Source: Gammaproteobacteria bacterium
GTDB taxonomy: Bacteria; Pseudomonadota; Gammaproteobacteria; Steroidobacterales; UBA11654
Length of the DNA: 64,000 nucleotides
Reading direction: 5' to 3'
Assembly: GCA_029242945.1 (NCBI GenBank)
Contig: JAQWSZ010000049.1
Coordinates: 6,320 to 70,319 of the forward strand
In this document: positions 9,587 through 19,228 of the stretch, piece after piece
Position numbering within the stretch: position 1 is the stretch's first letter
How the letters are laid out: the number at the start of each line of letters is the position of its first letter
Notes under the pieces: model-generated
Told to the model about the DNA's origin: nothing
Seen by the model: the letters and a program-made list of their open reading frames with translations, nothing else
The model's database searches: none
Made by a program: the position numbers and the translations under genes

Positions 9587-10633
9587 ATGACAAAAAAAAT
9601 AACAGTAAACGATACATTAGACTATCCATACTCAAAAAGACCTCCCAATGGAGAAGTGCTAGAAGTATCACCAAACCTCTATTGGTTAAGAATGCCACTA
9701 CCAATAGCTCTCAATCATATTAATTTATGGCTTTTAGAAGGTAAAAATGGATGGACCATTATTGATAGTGGAATGGCAAATGATGAATCCAAGGACATTT
9801 GGATTAATCTATTTGAAACGATTTTCAAAGGTAAAGCTTTAGAAGATCTCCTAATTACTCATATGCATCTGGATCATTCAGGTTTAGCAGGATGGCTTTC
9901 TGATTACTGGGAAGTGGATCCACATTTCACAGAAAAAGAATATCAAGAAACCCAATTATTAAGCAAAGGCATAGAAAAATCACAAGAATTTATTGCACTG
10001 GATTTCTATAAGAGTTGTGGCTATGACGATGCATCCATCAAACGTTATTTGGAAAGAGTCACATACAGAAAAACACTGGTGACCCCAATTAATAGGAATT
10101 ACAAAAAAATAAAAAATAATGAAATTATTACTCTTGGTGATAATGAGTGGGAAGTGGTTATTGCTAATGGGCATTCTCCAGAGCATGCTTGCTTATACTC
10201 CAAAGAAAATAATATCTTTATTTGTGGAGATGTCATCTTACCCAGAATTACACCTAATATTAGTGTTAGACCTTTCCATGCCGATAGCAATCCACTTGAT
10301 GATTGGATAAACAGTCTAAAAAATATCAAAAAAAGAATTCCAGATGATGCATTGATACTACCATCTCATGGTTACCCTTATTATGGCGCTCATAAAAGAA
10401 TTGATTCAATCATTGAAGATCATATGGAGAAGCTTGAAAGTCTGTATGCATTTTGTAATCAGTCAAAGAATGTCATTGAAGTTTTTCCTGCATTATTCGC
10501 AAATAAAATTAATGAAAATGCTCTCATATTGGCTGTGGGAGAGAGCCTTGCACATTTAAATTATTTAATTGGTGAAGGCAGAATGGAAATGAAAAAAAAT
10601 AATGATGGCATCAATTATTATAAAAGTATTTGA
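9587..10633 (+). CDS. MBL-fold metallo-hydrolase
   Basis: HxHxDH motif (ITHMHLDHSG) plus a later GHSPEH segment. 348 aa. Confidence 0.8.
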   Translation: MTKKITVNDTLDYPYSKRPPNGEVLEVSPNLYWLRMPLPIALNHINLWLLEGKNGWTIIDSGMANDESKDIWINLFETIFKGKALEDLLITHMHLDHSGLAGWLSDYWEVDPHFTEKEYQETQLLSKGIEKSQEFIALDFYKSCGYDDASIKRYLERVTYRKTLVTPINRNYKKIKNNEIITLGDNEWEVVIANGHSPEHACLYSKENNIFICGDVILPRITPNISVRPFHADSNPLDDWINSLKNIKKRIPDDALILPSHGYPYYGAHKRIDSIIEDHMEKLESLYAFCNQSKNVIEVFPALFANKINENALILAVGESLAHLNYLIGEGRMEMKKNNDGINYYKSI

Positions 10634-10646
10634 TTAGGGGTAAGTA

Positions 10647-12041
10647 TTGACTGTAATTTTTGATGATAAAAAAACTTTCGAGTACTCAATACCAGTCCTT
10701 GTAATAGGCTCCGGAGGCTGTGGTCTAACCGCTGCACTAGCTGCTAAAGAAAATAAAACAGAAGTACTGGTGATTGAAAGAGATTCAACACCTCTGGGGA
10801 CAACAGCTATGTCCACAGGATTAATACCTGGTGCAAATACAAGGTTTCAAAGAGAAGCGGGAATTAAAGACGATGCTGATTTATTTACAAAAGATATTAT
10901 AGATAAAGCTAGAGGACAAACAGATGAAAATATTGCCCATTGTCTAGCAAATGAATCATCAAAAACTATAGAATGGTTGGTTGATCAACATCGTATTCCT
11001 TTGAGTCTAGTAGATAGTTTTCTCTATCCTGGGCACACTGTTATGAGAATGCATGGAACACCTAATCGAACAGGCAGTGAGTTAATGGGAGCGTTGTGTA
11101 GAGCAGCTGAAAGATCAGAAATTGACATATTAACAAATTCTCTAGTAACGGATTTATATGCGGATAATAATAAAAAGATTATTGGTGTAAAGGTTCTAGG
11201 AGGAGATGGAGAGGTTGAAGAAATAGGTTGTGAAGCATTAATTCTTGCATGTTGTGGTTTTGCAGGAAACCCTGAAATGCTAGAAGAATATATCCCACAA
11301 ATAAAAGAAGCTGAATTTTTTGGGCATCCTGGAAACAAAGGGGATGCCATTATATGGGGTAAAGCTCTTGGAGCAGGTTTAGCGGATATATCTTCTTTCC
11401 AAGGTCATGGCGGATTAGCTGCTGGTAGAGGTGTACCTATTTTATGGCCGATGATTATGGAAGGCGCATTTCAAATTAATGAAAATGGAGAACGATTCTC
11501 AGACGAGTCTAAAGGTTACTCTGAACAAGCTGTTGAAGTTGTGAGTCAACCAAACAAAATTGCTTGGAATATTTTTGATGAGAGGCTGCATAAATTAATG
11601 ATGGAATTTGAGGATTATCATAATGCAATAGAAGCTAAAGCGATTGTCCACGCAAAGACAATGAATGAATTGAGCCAACTGACTGGAATAACAGAAGCAG
11701 CACTTACAAATACTATACAAAAGGTTGAAGAAATGGTTGATGGTGAAAGAGACGATGTATTTGGTAGAAACTTCAAAGGCAAACCAAAATTAGAATCGCC
11801 CTACTACGCTGTTAAAGTAACTGGAGCTTTGTTTCATACTCAGGGAGGATTAGTTGTTGATGAAACAGCTAGAGTTTTAGATAAAAAGGGTACACCTTTA
11901 CCCAACTTATATGCTGGAGGAGGATCTGCAAGAGGAATTTCTGGACCTTCAGACTGGGGATATATGGCTGGTAATGGTCTGTTAACTGCAACCACATTTG
12001 GAAGGCTAGCTGGTTTAGCTGCATCTGAGCTTTTGAAATAA
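10647..12041 (+). CDS. Cytoplasmic FAD-binding oxidoreductase, fumarate reductase/KstD-like (paralog type of 145..1689, without a signal)
   Basis: TTG start with GGGG/GGGT 6-10 nt upstream. VLVIGSGGCGLTAA dinucleotide fold. C-terminal FHTQGGL...PNLYAGGG. Confidence 0.8.
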   Translation: MTVIFDDKKTFEYSIPVLVIGSGGCGLTAALAAKENKTEVLVIERDSTPLGTTAMSTGLIPGANTRFQREAGIKDDADLFTKDIIDKARGQTDENIAHCLANESSKTIEWLVDQHRIPLSLVDSFLYPGHTVMRMHGTPNRTGSELMGALCRAAERSEIDILTNSLVTDLYADNNKKIIGVKVLGGDGEVEEIGCEALILACCGFAGNPEMLEEYIPQIKEAEFFGHPGNKGDAIIWGKALGAGLADISSFQGHGGLAAGRGVPILWPMIMEGAFQINENGERFSDESKGYSEQAVEVVSQPNKIAWNIFDERLHKLMMEFEDYHNAIEAKAIVHAKTMNELSQLTGITEAALTNTIQKVEEMVDGERDDVFGRNFKGKPKLESPYYAVKVTGALFHTQGGLVVDETARVLDKKGTPLPNLYAGGGSARGISGPSDWGYMAGNGLLTATTFGRLAGLAASELLK

Positions 12042-12086
12042 AGCTCTTAAATCATAAATAATAGGAGTATATATATAACAAATCAC

Positions 12087-12106
12087 TATTTATCATATGA
12101 TAAATT
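12087..12106. promoter_or_regulatory. Putative operator, copy C
   Basis: tatttatcaTAtgataaatt. The 18-nt core ATTTATCATATGATAAAT is a perfect palindrome. Ends 35 nt upstream of the CoA-transferase ATG. Confidence 0.65.
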
Positions 12107-12140
12107 AATGATATATTAACCGGATTTACACGGAGACATC

Positions 12141-14432
12141 ATGAAAGATAATAAAGGACCGCTTAATGGAATAAAGGTTTTAAGTATTGGTACTTCAATA
12201 GTGGGTCCTTGGGCTGCAACATTACTTGGGTATCTTGGAGCTGAAGTATTCAAAGTTGAGCCTCCTAAAGGTGAATTTTTGAGAATGCTCTACCCTCATC
12301 AAAATAAACTTGCTACCGCATACAGTTCTACCAATCTTAATCAAAAATCTGCTGGTCTTAATACCAAAGAAGAAGAAGGAATGAATGCTATGCTAGGGTT
12401 GGCACATAAAGCTGATATTCTGATTGAAAATTTTAGACCGGGCGTAGCAGACCGAATTGGTCTTGGTTTTGAAAAATTACACGAGTCCAATCCAAATTTG
12501 GTTTTTGGTTCTAGTTCTGGTTATGGTGATGATGGACCTATGAAAAACTTAGCAGCTCTTGAACCACACCTGCAGGCTTTCAGTGGGATGAGCGGAGTAA
12601 CAGGCTACCCAGGTGATGATGGACAGTTAATTAGATTCACTCATCTGGACCCTACCGGTGCAGTTTTCTTTTGTGGCCTACTGATGCTTGGATTGATAGA
12701 AAGAGAACGTTTTGGACATTCATGTTGGGTTAAGACATCTCATTTAGCTAATGCTATAGCAAATATGAATAATAAAATTTCTGAAGTTTTATTAGCAAAT
12801 TCTCCAGGAGAACCATTGGGTAGTAGTTCTTCAACCTCTGCACCAAACCGTTGCTATCACTGTGAAGATAAACGATACATTGCAATTTCTTGTGATAATC
12901 AAACACAGTGGGAAGGCTTCTGTATTGCTGTAGGACTAGAGAATTTAACTGAAGATGTCAGATTTTTGACCAATGCAGAAAGGGTTAATAATCGTGATGA
13001 GTTAGATGAAATTCTAGAAACTCATTTTCTTGAAAAACCATCTAGATGGTGGTCTTTGAGACTCGACAAATATAAAGTACCCAATAGTTTTGATCTAAGT
13101 TTTGATGATCTTCAGTACCACCAACAAATTATTGAAAATAATTTCTTGGTAGAAGTTGATGGTGAGCATACTGGACCATTCTATGTGGGAGGTCTACCTT
13201 GGGAATTTAGTGAGACCCCTGCTCAAATAAACACATCAATTCCAGTTCCCGGCAAAGACACAGAAACTGCAATGAAAAAAGGTTTTGAGACTGACTCAAC
13301 AAATACTAGATCACCAAATTCTGAATCCCCAGAGTATCCGTTAAAAGGAATTCGTGTGTTGGATGTCACTCAAGGTTACACAGGACCTTATCTCAGTTTT
13401 ATGCTGGCTGAAGCTGGAGCAGAAGTGACAAAAATTGAGCCCAAAGGTGGTGACTGGTCAAAAGAACTAAGCCCACAAACAAAGAAAGGGGTAAGTGCTC
13501 TATATCAATCTTTTAATAGAAATAAAAAGATCATTGAAATGGATATTCAATCCGAAGAGGGTTCAAAAGATTTTGAATCTCTTTTAAGTCAAACTGATAT
13601 GCTCATAGAAGATTGGTCGAAAGATTCCATTGAAGCCATCAAATATGACTATGAAAAAATAAAACTAAACAATTCAGACATAATTCACTATTCATTATCT
13701 TCATTTGGACATTATGGCCCAATGAAAAATAAACCAGGTAGTGATCTAGTCATTCAGGCCATGTCAGGATACCTTAGAACATTAGGTGATGTGGGAGAAA
13801 AACCCATAAGAGTAGGAGCAGATGTAGTCTCGACATGCACTGCTGCTATGAGCCTAATTGCAATTCTTGCAGCACTTTATCATCGAATCCAAACCGGTGA
13901 AGGCCAAAAAGTTTCTGCCAGTATGCTTGGAACAATGATGACTCTAAAGACACTCCAGTGGTCAGGCTTCAGTGACCCAGATAGTTGGGATGGAAATTTT
14001 TGTAAAAATGAAACAGATGGTTCAAATTATGGTCAAAGAACAAGTGATAAATCTATTTTTGCAACTCCCTCCCCTGCACTTACAGAAGATAAGTTTTATG
14101 AAATGATTAAAGAATTTGGTATGTATGATGATTTTATGAAGGATGAAGTGTTAGTTCAGAACTGGTGGAACTCATTTGGAGTAGGAACAAAAGCAAGCCA
14201 TGCCAGACCATTATGGGATAAATATTTAACTCAGATGTCTTCCGATCAAGTACTAGAAATTTTTAATCGTTATGAAGTATGGGCAGTCGAATTTTCTAAT
14301 ATCGAAGAATTAATCAACCATCCACAAATAGAGTTCCTAGGAATGTTTGATAAAAGTGGAGATGATACTTATCTCAGATCACCATGGAAAACGCCATGGG
14401 GTTTTCCAGAAATTGATCCCATTAAGTCTTAA
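12141..14432 (+). CDS. Tandem-fused family III (CaiB/BaiF) CoA-transferase, two complete domains in one 763-aa chain
   Basis: Domain 1 starts PLNGIKVLSIGTSIVGPWAATLLGYLGAEVFKVEPP. Domain 2 starts about aa 400 with YPLKGIRVLDVTQGYTGPYLSFMLAEAGAEVTKIEP. Each carries an Asp-containing catalytic-loop segment (LDPTG; GADVVS). Confidence 0.85.
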   Translation: MKDNKGPLNGIKVLSIGTSIVGPWAATLLGYLGAEVFKVEPPKGEFLRMLYPHQNKLATAYSSTNLNQKSAGLNTKEEEGMNAMLGLAHKADILIENFRPGVADRIGLGFEKLHESNPNLVFGSSSGYGDDGPMKNLAALEPHLQAFSGMSGVTGYPGDDGQLIRFTHLDPTGAVFFCGLLMLGLIERERFGHSCWVKTSHLANAIANMNNKISEVLLANSPGEPLGSSSSTSAPNRCYHCEDKRYIAISCDNQTQWEGFCIAVGLENLTEDVRFLTNAERVNNRDELDEILETHFLEKPSRWWSLRLDKYKVPNSFDLSFDDLQYHQQIIENNFLVEVDGEHTGPFYVGGLPWEFSETPAQINTSIPVPGKDTETAMKKGFETDSTNTRSPNSESPEYPLKGIRVLDVTQGYTGPYLSFMLAEAGAEVTKIEPKGGDWSKELSPQTKKGVSALYQSFNRNKKIIEMDIQSEEGSKDFESLLSQTDMLIEDWSKDSIEAIKYDYEKIKLNNSDIIHYSLSSFGHYGPMKNKPGSDLVIQAMSGYLRTLGDVGEKPIRVGADVVSTCTAAMSLIAILAALYHRIQTGEGQKVSASMLGTMMTLKTLQWSGFSDPDSWDGNFCKNETDGSNYGQRTSDKSIFATPSPALTEDKFYEMIKEFGMYDDFMKDEVLVQNWWNSFGVGTKASHARPLWDKYLTQMSSDQVLEIFNRYEVWAVEFSNIEELINHPQIEFLGMFDKSGDDTYLRSPWKTPWGFPEIDPIKS

Positions 14433-14452
14433 AATATAAATATGGTGATAAT

Positions 14453-15235
14453 TTGAGAAAACATTACGCAGAGACAAGCTTGGGGCAAGTGCATTATTTG
14501 ACTTGTGGCGAAGGTGAGCCTCTTCTAATGTTGCATATGACACCTCAGTCTTCACTGCAATTTCTCCATACCTTTGAACAATTAAATACACTTGGATATC
14601 AAGTCATAGCTCCGGATACCCTAGGCTATGGTATGTCAGACAAACCTGATGATCCTTTAACTATTGAAGAATATGCATCTGTCATACCAGAATTATTAGA
14701 GCAGATTAATGTAGATAAAGTCACAGTTCTAGGTCATCACACCGGAGCTTCTATTGCTTGTGAGTTTGCAAAATCTTGCCCGAATAAGGTTAAAAAAATT
14801 ATTTTGCACGGCGTACCTCTTTACACTGAAGAAGAAAAAAATGAAAGAATGGATAACCTAAAAGCAGATTTATCACCAAAAAAAGATGGTACACACCTCT
14901 TGGATTATTGGAATTGGATACAAAGCAGAGTTGGCGATAGAGCTAGTTTAGAATCATGTCATATGTCTTTACTCCATGTATTTCTTGCAGGTGAAAATGA
15001 ATGGTTTTGTCATCATGCTGCATTTGCATATAATCTTGAACAAACTATATTAGAATTAGAACAACCTTGTTTAGTGATTACTAATACAGGAGATCCGCTG
15101 CATTATATTGTGCCTAGAGTAAAAAATTTAAGAGAAGACTTTAATTACAATGAAATAGAAGGTGGATCAGTATTTATAATAAGAGATAAACCTACACAAT
15201 GGGTTGAATCCTTTATCGATTTTTTAAAACAATAA
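14453..15235 (+). CDS. Alpha/beta-hydrolase-fold protein with an atypical catalytic signature
   Basis: TTG start with GGTGA 5 nt upstream. Alpha/beta-fold pattern (PLLMLHM..., VTVLGHHTGASIA, ...EGGSVF). The nucleophile-elbow and catalytic-His positions look non-canonical (see findings). Confidence 0.7.
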   Translation: MRKHYAETSLGQVHYLTCGEGEPLLMLHMTPQSSLQFLHTFEQLNTLGYQVIAPDTLGYGMSDKPDDPLTIEEYASVIPELLEQINVDKVTVLGHHTGASIACEFAKSCPNKVKKIILHGVPLYTEEEKNERMDNLKADLSPKKDGTHLLDYWNWIQSRVGDRASLESCHMSLLHVFLAGENEWFCHHAAFAYNLEQTILELEQPCLVITNTGDPLHYIVPRVKNLREDFNYNEIEGGSVFIIRDKPTQWVESFIDFLKQ

Positions 15236-15277
15236 TTTTCAATATAGAATTCAATACAAGATAAGAGAGACGAGATA

Positions 15278-16420
15278 ATGCAATACAAATTACCAGATGA
15301 AACTTTAATGCTACAAGATACGGTAAAACGCTTTGTTGATAAAGAATTAATTCCACTGGAAACACAGTTACCGGAAAGACCTAATTCATATGAATTGCCT
15401 CAAGAACTACACTTGGATTTAACTGGAAAAATCCATGAAATGGGGCTGACTGCAAGAGAGACTCCAGAAGATGCAGGTGGAGCAGGACTCGGGCCTCTCG
15501 ACAATTGTATAATCACTGAACAAGTCCATAGATCAACAGCAGGATGTGGTGTTTTCTCAGCTACTTTTGCATCGATGCTTTATGAATTAGGAACGGAAGA
15601 GCAAAAAAATAAATACATGGTCCCTTCAGTTAAAGGAGAGTTTCATGGAAGCAGTGCCTTTAGTGAACCAGTTGCAGGTGGAGATATGGCTGGTATTCAA
15701 ACAACCATTGAAGAGAAAGATGGGGGATGGGTAATTAATGGCAATAAATGCTGGATCTTTAAAGCTAACACAGCAAGATTTATACTCGTTTTAACTAGAT
15801 TGAAAGGCACAAAACGACATGATGGAATGCAATGGGTCATCGTTGATGCTGATACTCCTGGCTTTAAGGTAGGTAGAGAACAAAAAATGATTCATGGTCA
15901 AAACACTTATGAGCTTTTCTTTGATAATTGCTGGGTTAATAAAGATCAACTTTTAGGTAAACCTGGAGAAGCTTGGAGTTCTGGCACAGACTATCTCTTT
16001 TCAGGAAGAATTCAAATTGCAGCAAGAGCAATGGGTATTGCAGATCGTTGCCTTGAAATGGCAATTGACTATGCAAAAATAAGACATACCTTCGGAAAAC
16101 CTCTGTCTTCAAGGCAAGCAATTCAATGGATGATAGCCGACTCAGCGATTGAATTACATACGTGTAGATTAATGGTCTATGATGCTGCCTTAAGAGCACA
16201 AGAAGGTGAAAAAGTCTTTATACAAACAGCAATGGCTAAAATCTATGCAACAGAAATGGTCGCTAAAATTGTCGATCGCGCCATGCAAATTCATGGTGCT
16301 GCTGGATTATCTGATGAAACAATATTAGAGCGTTGCTATCGAGATATAAGACCTATGAGAATATATGAAGGTACTTCTGAAGCTATGAGAAGTATGATTG
16401 CTAAAGACTTATTACGTTAA
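15278..16420 (+). CDS. Acyl-CoA dehydrogenase
   Basis: 380 aa. Blocks SAFSEP..GGD, QIHGAAG and the C-terminal IYEGTSEAMR containing the catalytic Glu. Confidence 0.9.
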   Translation: MQYKLPDETLMLQDTVKRFVDKELIPLETQLPERPNSYELPQELHLDLTGKIHEMGLTARETPEDAGGAGLGPLDNCIITEQVHRSTAGCGVFSATFASMLYELGTEEQKNKYMVPSVKGEFHGSSAFSEPVAGGDMAGIQTTIEEKDGGWVINGNKCWIFKANTARFILVLTRLKGTKRHDGMQWVIVDADTPGFKVGREQKMIHGQNTYELFFDNCWVNKDQLLGKPGEAWSSGTDYLFSGRIQIAARAMGIADRCLEMAIDYAKIRHTFGKPLSSRQAIQWMIADSAIELHTCRLMVYDAALRAQEGEKVFIQTAMAKIYATEMVAKIVDRAMQIHGAAGLSDETILERCYRDIRPMRIYEGTSEAMRSMIAKDLLR

Positions 16421-16435
16421 TCAAAGGAAAGATAT

Positions 16436-17755
16436 ATGCTGCCTTTTAAAATACGATTTGGTTGGGGTATTGGAACATTAACTGTTTCTTTAATGTTCCA
16501 AGCAACTGGATTACTTCTGCTTCTTTATTTAACTGATTTTGTTAAGCTCGATGCTACAACCGCTGGACTGCTTATCGGCTTGTCTAAAATTTATGATGCC
16601 TTAACGGATCCCATTATGGGGAGAATCAGTGATCGAACTAAGAGTCCTTGGGGTAAAAGAAGGCCTTATGTTTTTCTTGGTACGCTTATGTGTGCTGGAT
16701 CTTTTATTTTGCTTTTTAACTTAGCAGCATTTTCTGATTCCCCTAATATTGTAATGATTACATTATTTGCACTCATCCTTAATGCAACTGGTTATACTGT
16801 TTTCAATGTGCCCTACTTGGCAATGCCATCAGAAATAACAACGGACTATAATGCTAGAACAGATTTGATGTCCTATCGTGTTATGGCAGTGGCTGCTGGA
16901 CAACTGGGAGGATCTGCTCTAGGTCCAGCTTTAGTTGTTTATTTTGGAAGTGGTGTCACTGGACATACTGGGATGGCAAACTCATTGGCAATCATTATGA
17001 TTTTTGCAGGAATGATTTGTTTCCAATTAACTAAAAGTGCTTCGTATACAAAAACAACTGCAATTCAACAAAATACCTCTTCTTTTTTTAAACAATTTAA
17101 AACTGCATTTCAAATCAAACCGTTTGCAATATTATTAGGTATCAAAGTTACTCAACTGACCGGTTTCGCTATTTTTCTAGGCTCACTCCCCTACCTTTTT
17201 ACAAGAGTTATGGGGCTCTCTCTTAGTTATATTGGCTTCTATTTTCTCATCCAAGGAAGTGTGATGTTTATCTCTCAACCTATTTGGGTTCGTGTTGTTT
17301 CTAGAATTGGTAAGAAAAATGCATATTATCTTGCTTCATTATTATGGGGTCTAGGAGCATTATCTTGGATACTAGCAGGTGAAGGCGAAACTAATATTGA
17401 GATTATAGCGAGGGGTATATTTTTAGGTACTGGAGCTGGTGGTTTATTATTGGTAGGACAATCAATGCTGCCTGACACCATGCAATACGATTTTCAAAAT
17501 AGCGGTCAACGCAGAGAAGGTATTTTAGCTGGAGTATACACAACAGTTGAAAAACTTTCATTTGCTATAGGTCCTTCTATTTTAGGGTTGATACTAGGTT
17601 CTTCTGGCTATAATGCCAGTGAAATAACACAATCTGATAATGTAATTAGCATGATATATTTTTCAGCTGCAGGCTTTCCTGTCATAACATTAATTATTAG
17701 TTGTCTCTTAATGTTTCTCTATAATGTGGATCAAGATACATTGAAAGAGAATTAA
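16436..17755 (+). CDS. MFS transporter, glycoside-pentoside-hexuronide (GPH/MelB-like) family
   Basis: 12-TM-like profile. GPH signature DALTDPIMGRISDRTKSPWGKRRPY after TM2. Confidence 0.85.
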   Translation: MLPFKIRFGWGIGTLTVSLMFQATGLLLLLYLTDFVKLDATTAGLLIGLSKIYDALTDPIMGRISDRTKSPWGKRRPYVFLGTLMCAGSFILLFNLAAFSDSPNIVMITLFALILNATGYTVFNVPYLAMPSEITTDYNARTDLMSYRVMAVAAGQLGGSALGPALVVYFGSGVTGHTGMANSLAIIMIFAGMICFQLTKSASYTKTTAIQQNTSSFFKQFKTAFQIKPFAILLGIKVTQLTGFAIFLGSLPYLFTRVMGLSLSYIGFYFLIQGSVMFISQPIWVRVVSRIGKKNAYYLASLLWGLGALSWILAGEGETNIEIIARGIFLGTGAGGLLLVGQSMLPDTMQYDFQNSGQRREGILAGVYTTVEKLSFAIGPSILGLILGSSGYNASEITQSDNVISMIYFSAAGFPVITLIISCLLMFLYNVDQDTLKEN

Positions 17756-17783
17756 TAGATAATATTTAGCCCAAAGGAATCCA

Positions 17784-19223
17784 ATGAAAACATGTGATAA
17801 ATTAATGAGAGGAATAGTAATCTCTATGGATGAAAACCGTCGAGTATTTATGGACGGTTATGTAGCAATTAATAATGGCAAAATAGAATCTGTAGGAGCT
17901 TACAGCGAATGCATCTATCAATCTGATACTAACTTAGGAGGGGAAAATTTTGTTATTCTACCTGGTCTAGTCAATGTGCATTCTCATCTGATTCAAGGAT
18001 GCATGAGAGGAATGGCGGAAGGCACCACTTTTGAGGAACGTCTGTTTGGATTCTATTATCCAATGACGGGTGCTTGCGATGAAGAAAGATCTTACGATGC
18101 AGCGATGCCCTCTATCATGGATTTAGCCTTAAGAGGAGTAACAACTACTGCCGATGATCATTTTACCCATTTGCATAAAAAATCCATTGATGGAGTTTTA
18201 GCGGCGGTTAATGATTCTGGTATTCGGTGTCGAATGGCTAGATTAACAATCAATGATAAAGATGCAGTTCCTGAAGGATTTGGGGAAACACTTGATGCAG
18301 GTATAGCTGAAACAGAGAGAGTTAAGTCAAAATGGGAAAATGAAAAAATCTCAGTGACAGCTTCCACTATCGGTATTACCTATTGTGAACCTGATCAGTT
18401 AATAGAGTTATGGAAATGGACTGATGAAAATGATCGACAGTTTGATATTCATGCTCCTGCAGTGTTTGATCAGAAATATCTAGCAGCAAGAAGAGGTTGG
18501 GAAGGTGGGTCTTTTGAGTGGTTGGACCATGTTGGAATACTCGGTCCCAATCTAATTGCAGCACATGCTCAAAACTTAAGACCTGGGGAAGAAAAGCTAA
18601 TAGCTAATGCAGGTGCCTCGATTGCTTTAGTTCCTGACATGGAACAAGTGTTAGGCCTGGTGAATTTCAATGCTAGACCATTTTTAGATTCTAATATAAC
18701 TTGCGGTATCGGTCTTGATGGAGCTGTTGTAGCTTATGGGCATAATATTTGGACCGCAATGCGAGGTTATCTAACTGCTCAAAGAATGGGTGATCAGCAT
18801 AGATTAATGATGTCTGAGACGGACATTAAGTGGACTGGAGAGGAAATACTCTATGGCAGTGCTGAACAAGCTCTAGAACTGGCTACTATTGATGGTGCTA
18901 AAGCTCTGATGATGGATGATCAAATAGGCTCAATTGAAGCTGGAAAAGAAGCTGACCTTGTTTTAATCGACCGTACAGAAGAAAGTCATCTCACCCCTAT
19001 GGGCTCATTAATTGCTAGTTTAGTTTATGGCAATGGTCCAAATCAAAATGCAATAGAAGCGGTTATGGTTCATGGGGAAGTCATAGTAAAAAAAGGACAA
19101 CACCAATCTTTAAATCACCAAAGAATAGTTGAGAAATCAGACCAAGTACAAGAAATACTTCTAGACGAAACCAATGCAAGACAGTATCTAAGAAAGAGAA
19201 GTCGTTTTACTTGGATTGACTAA
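17784..19223 (+). CDS. Amidohydrolase, ATZ/TRZ (chlorohydrolase/deaminase)-like
   Basis: Metal-binding VNVHSHL near the N-terminus. 479 aa. A DLVLID segment near the C-terminus is typical of this amidohydrolase subfamily. Confidence 0.75.
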   Translation: MKTCDKLMRGIVISMDENRRVFMDGYVAINNGKIESVGAYSECIYQSDTNLGGENFVILPGLVNVHSHLIQGCMRGMAEGTTFEERLFGFYYPMTGACDEERSYDAAMPSIMDLALRGVTTTADDHFTHLHKKSIDGVLAAVNDSGIRCRMARLTINDKDAVPEGFGETLDAGIAETERVKSKWENEKISVTASTIGITYCEPDQLIELWKWTDENDRQFDIHAPAVFDQKYLAARRGWEGGSFEWLDHVGILGPNLIAAHAQNLRPGEEKLIANAGASIALVPDMEQVLGLVNFNARPFLDSNITCGIGLDGAVVAYGHNIWTAMRGYLTAQRMGDQHRLMMSETDIKWTGEEILYGSAEQALELATIDGAKALMMDDQIGSIEAGKEADLVLIDRTEESHLTPMGSLIASLVYGNGPNQNAIEAVMVHGEVIVKKGQHQSLNHQRIVEKSDQVQEILLDETNARQYLRKRSRFTWID

Positions 19224-19228
19224 GATAA

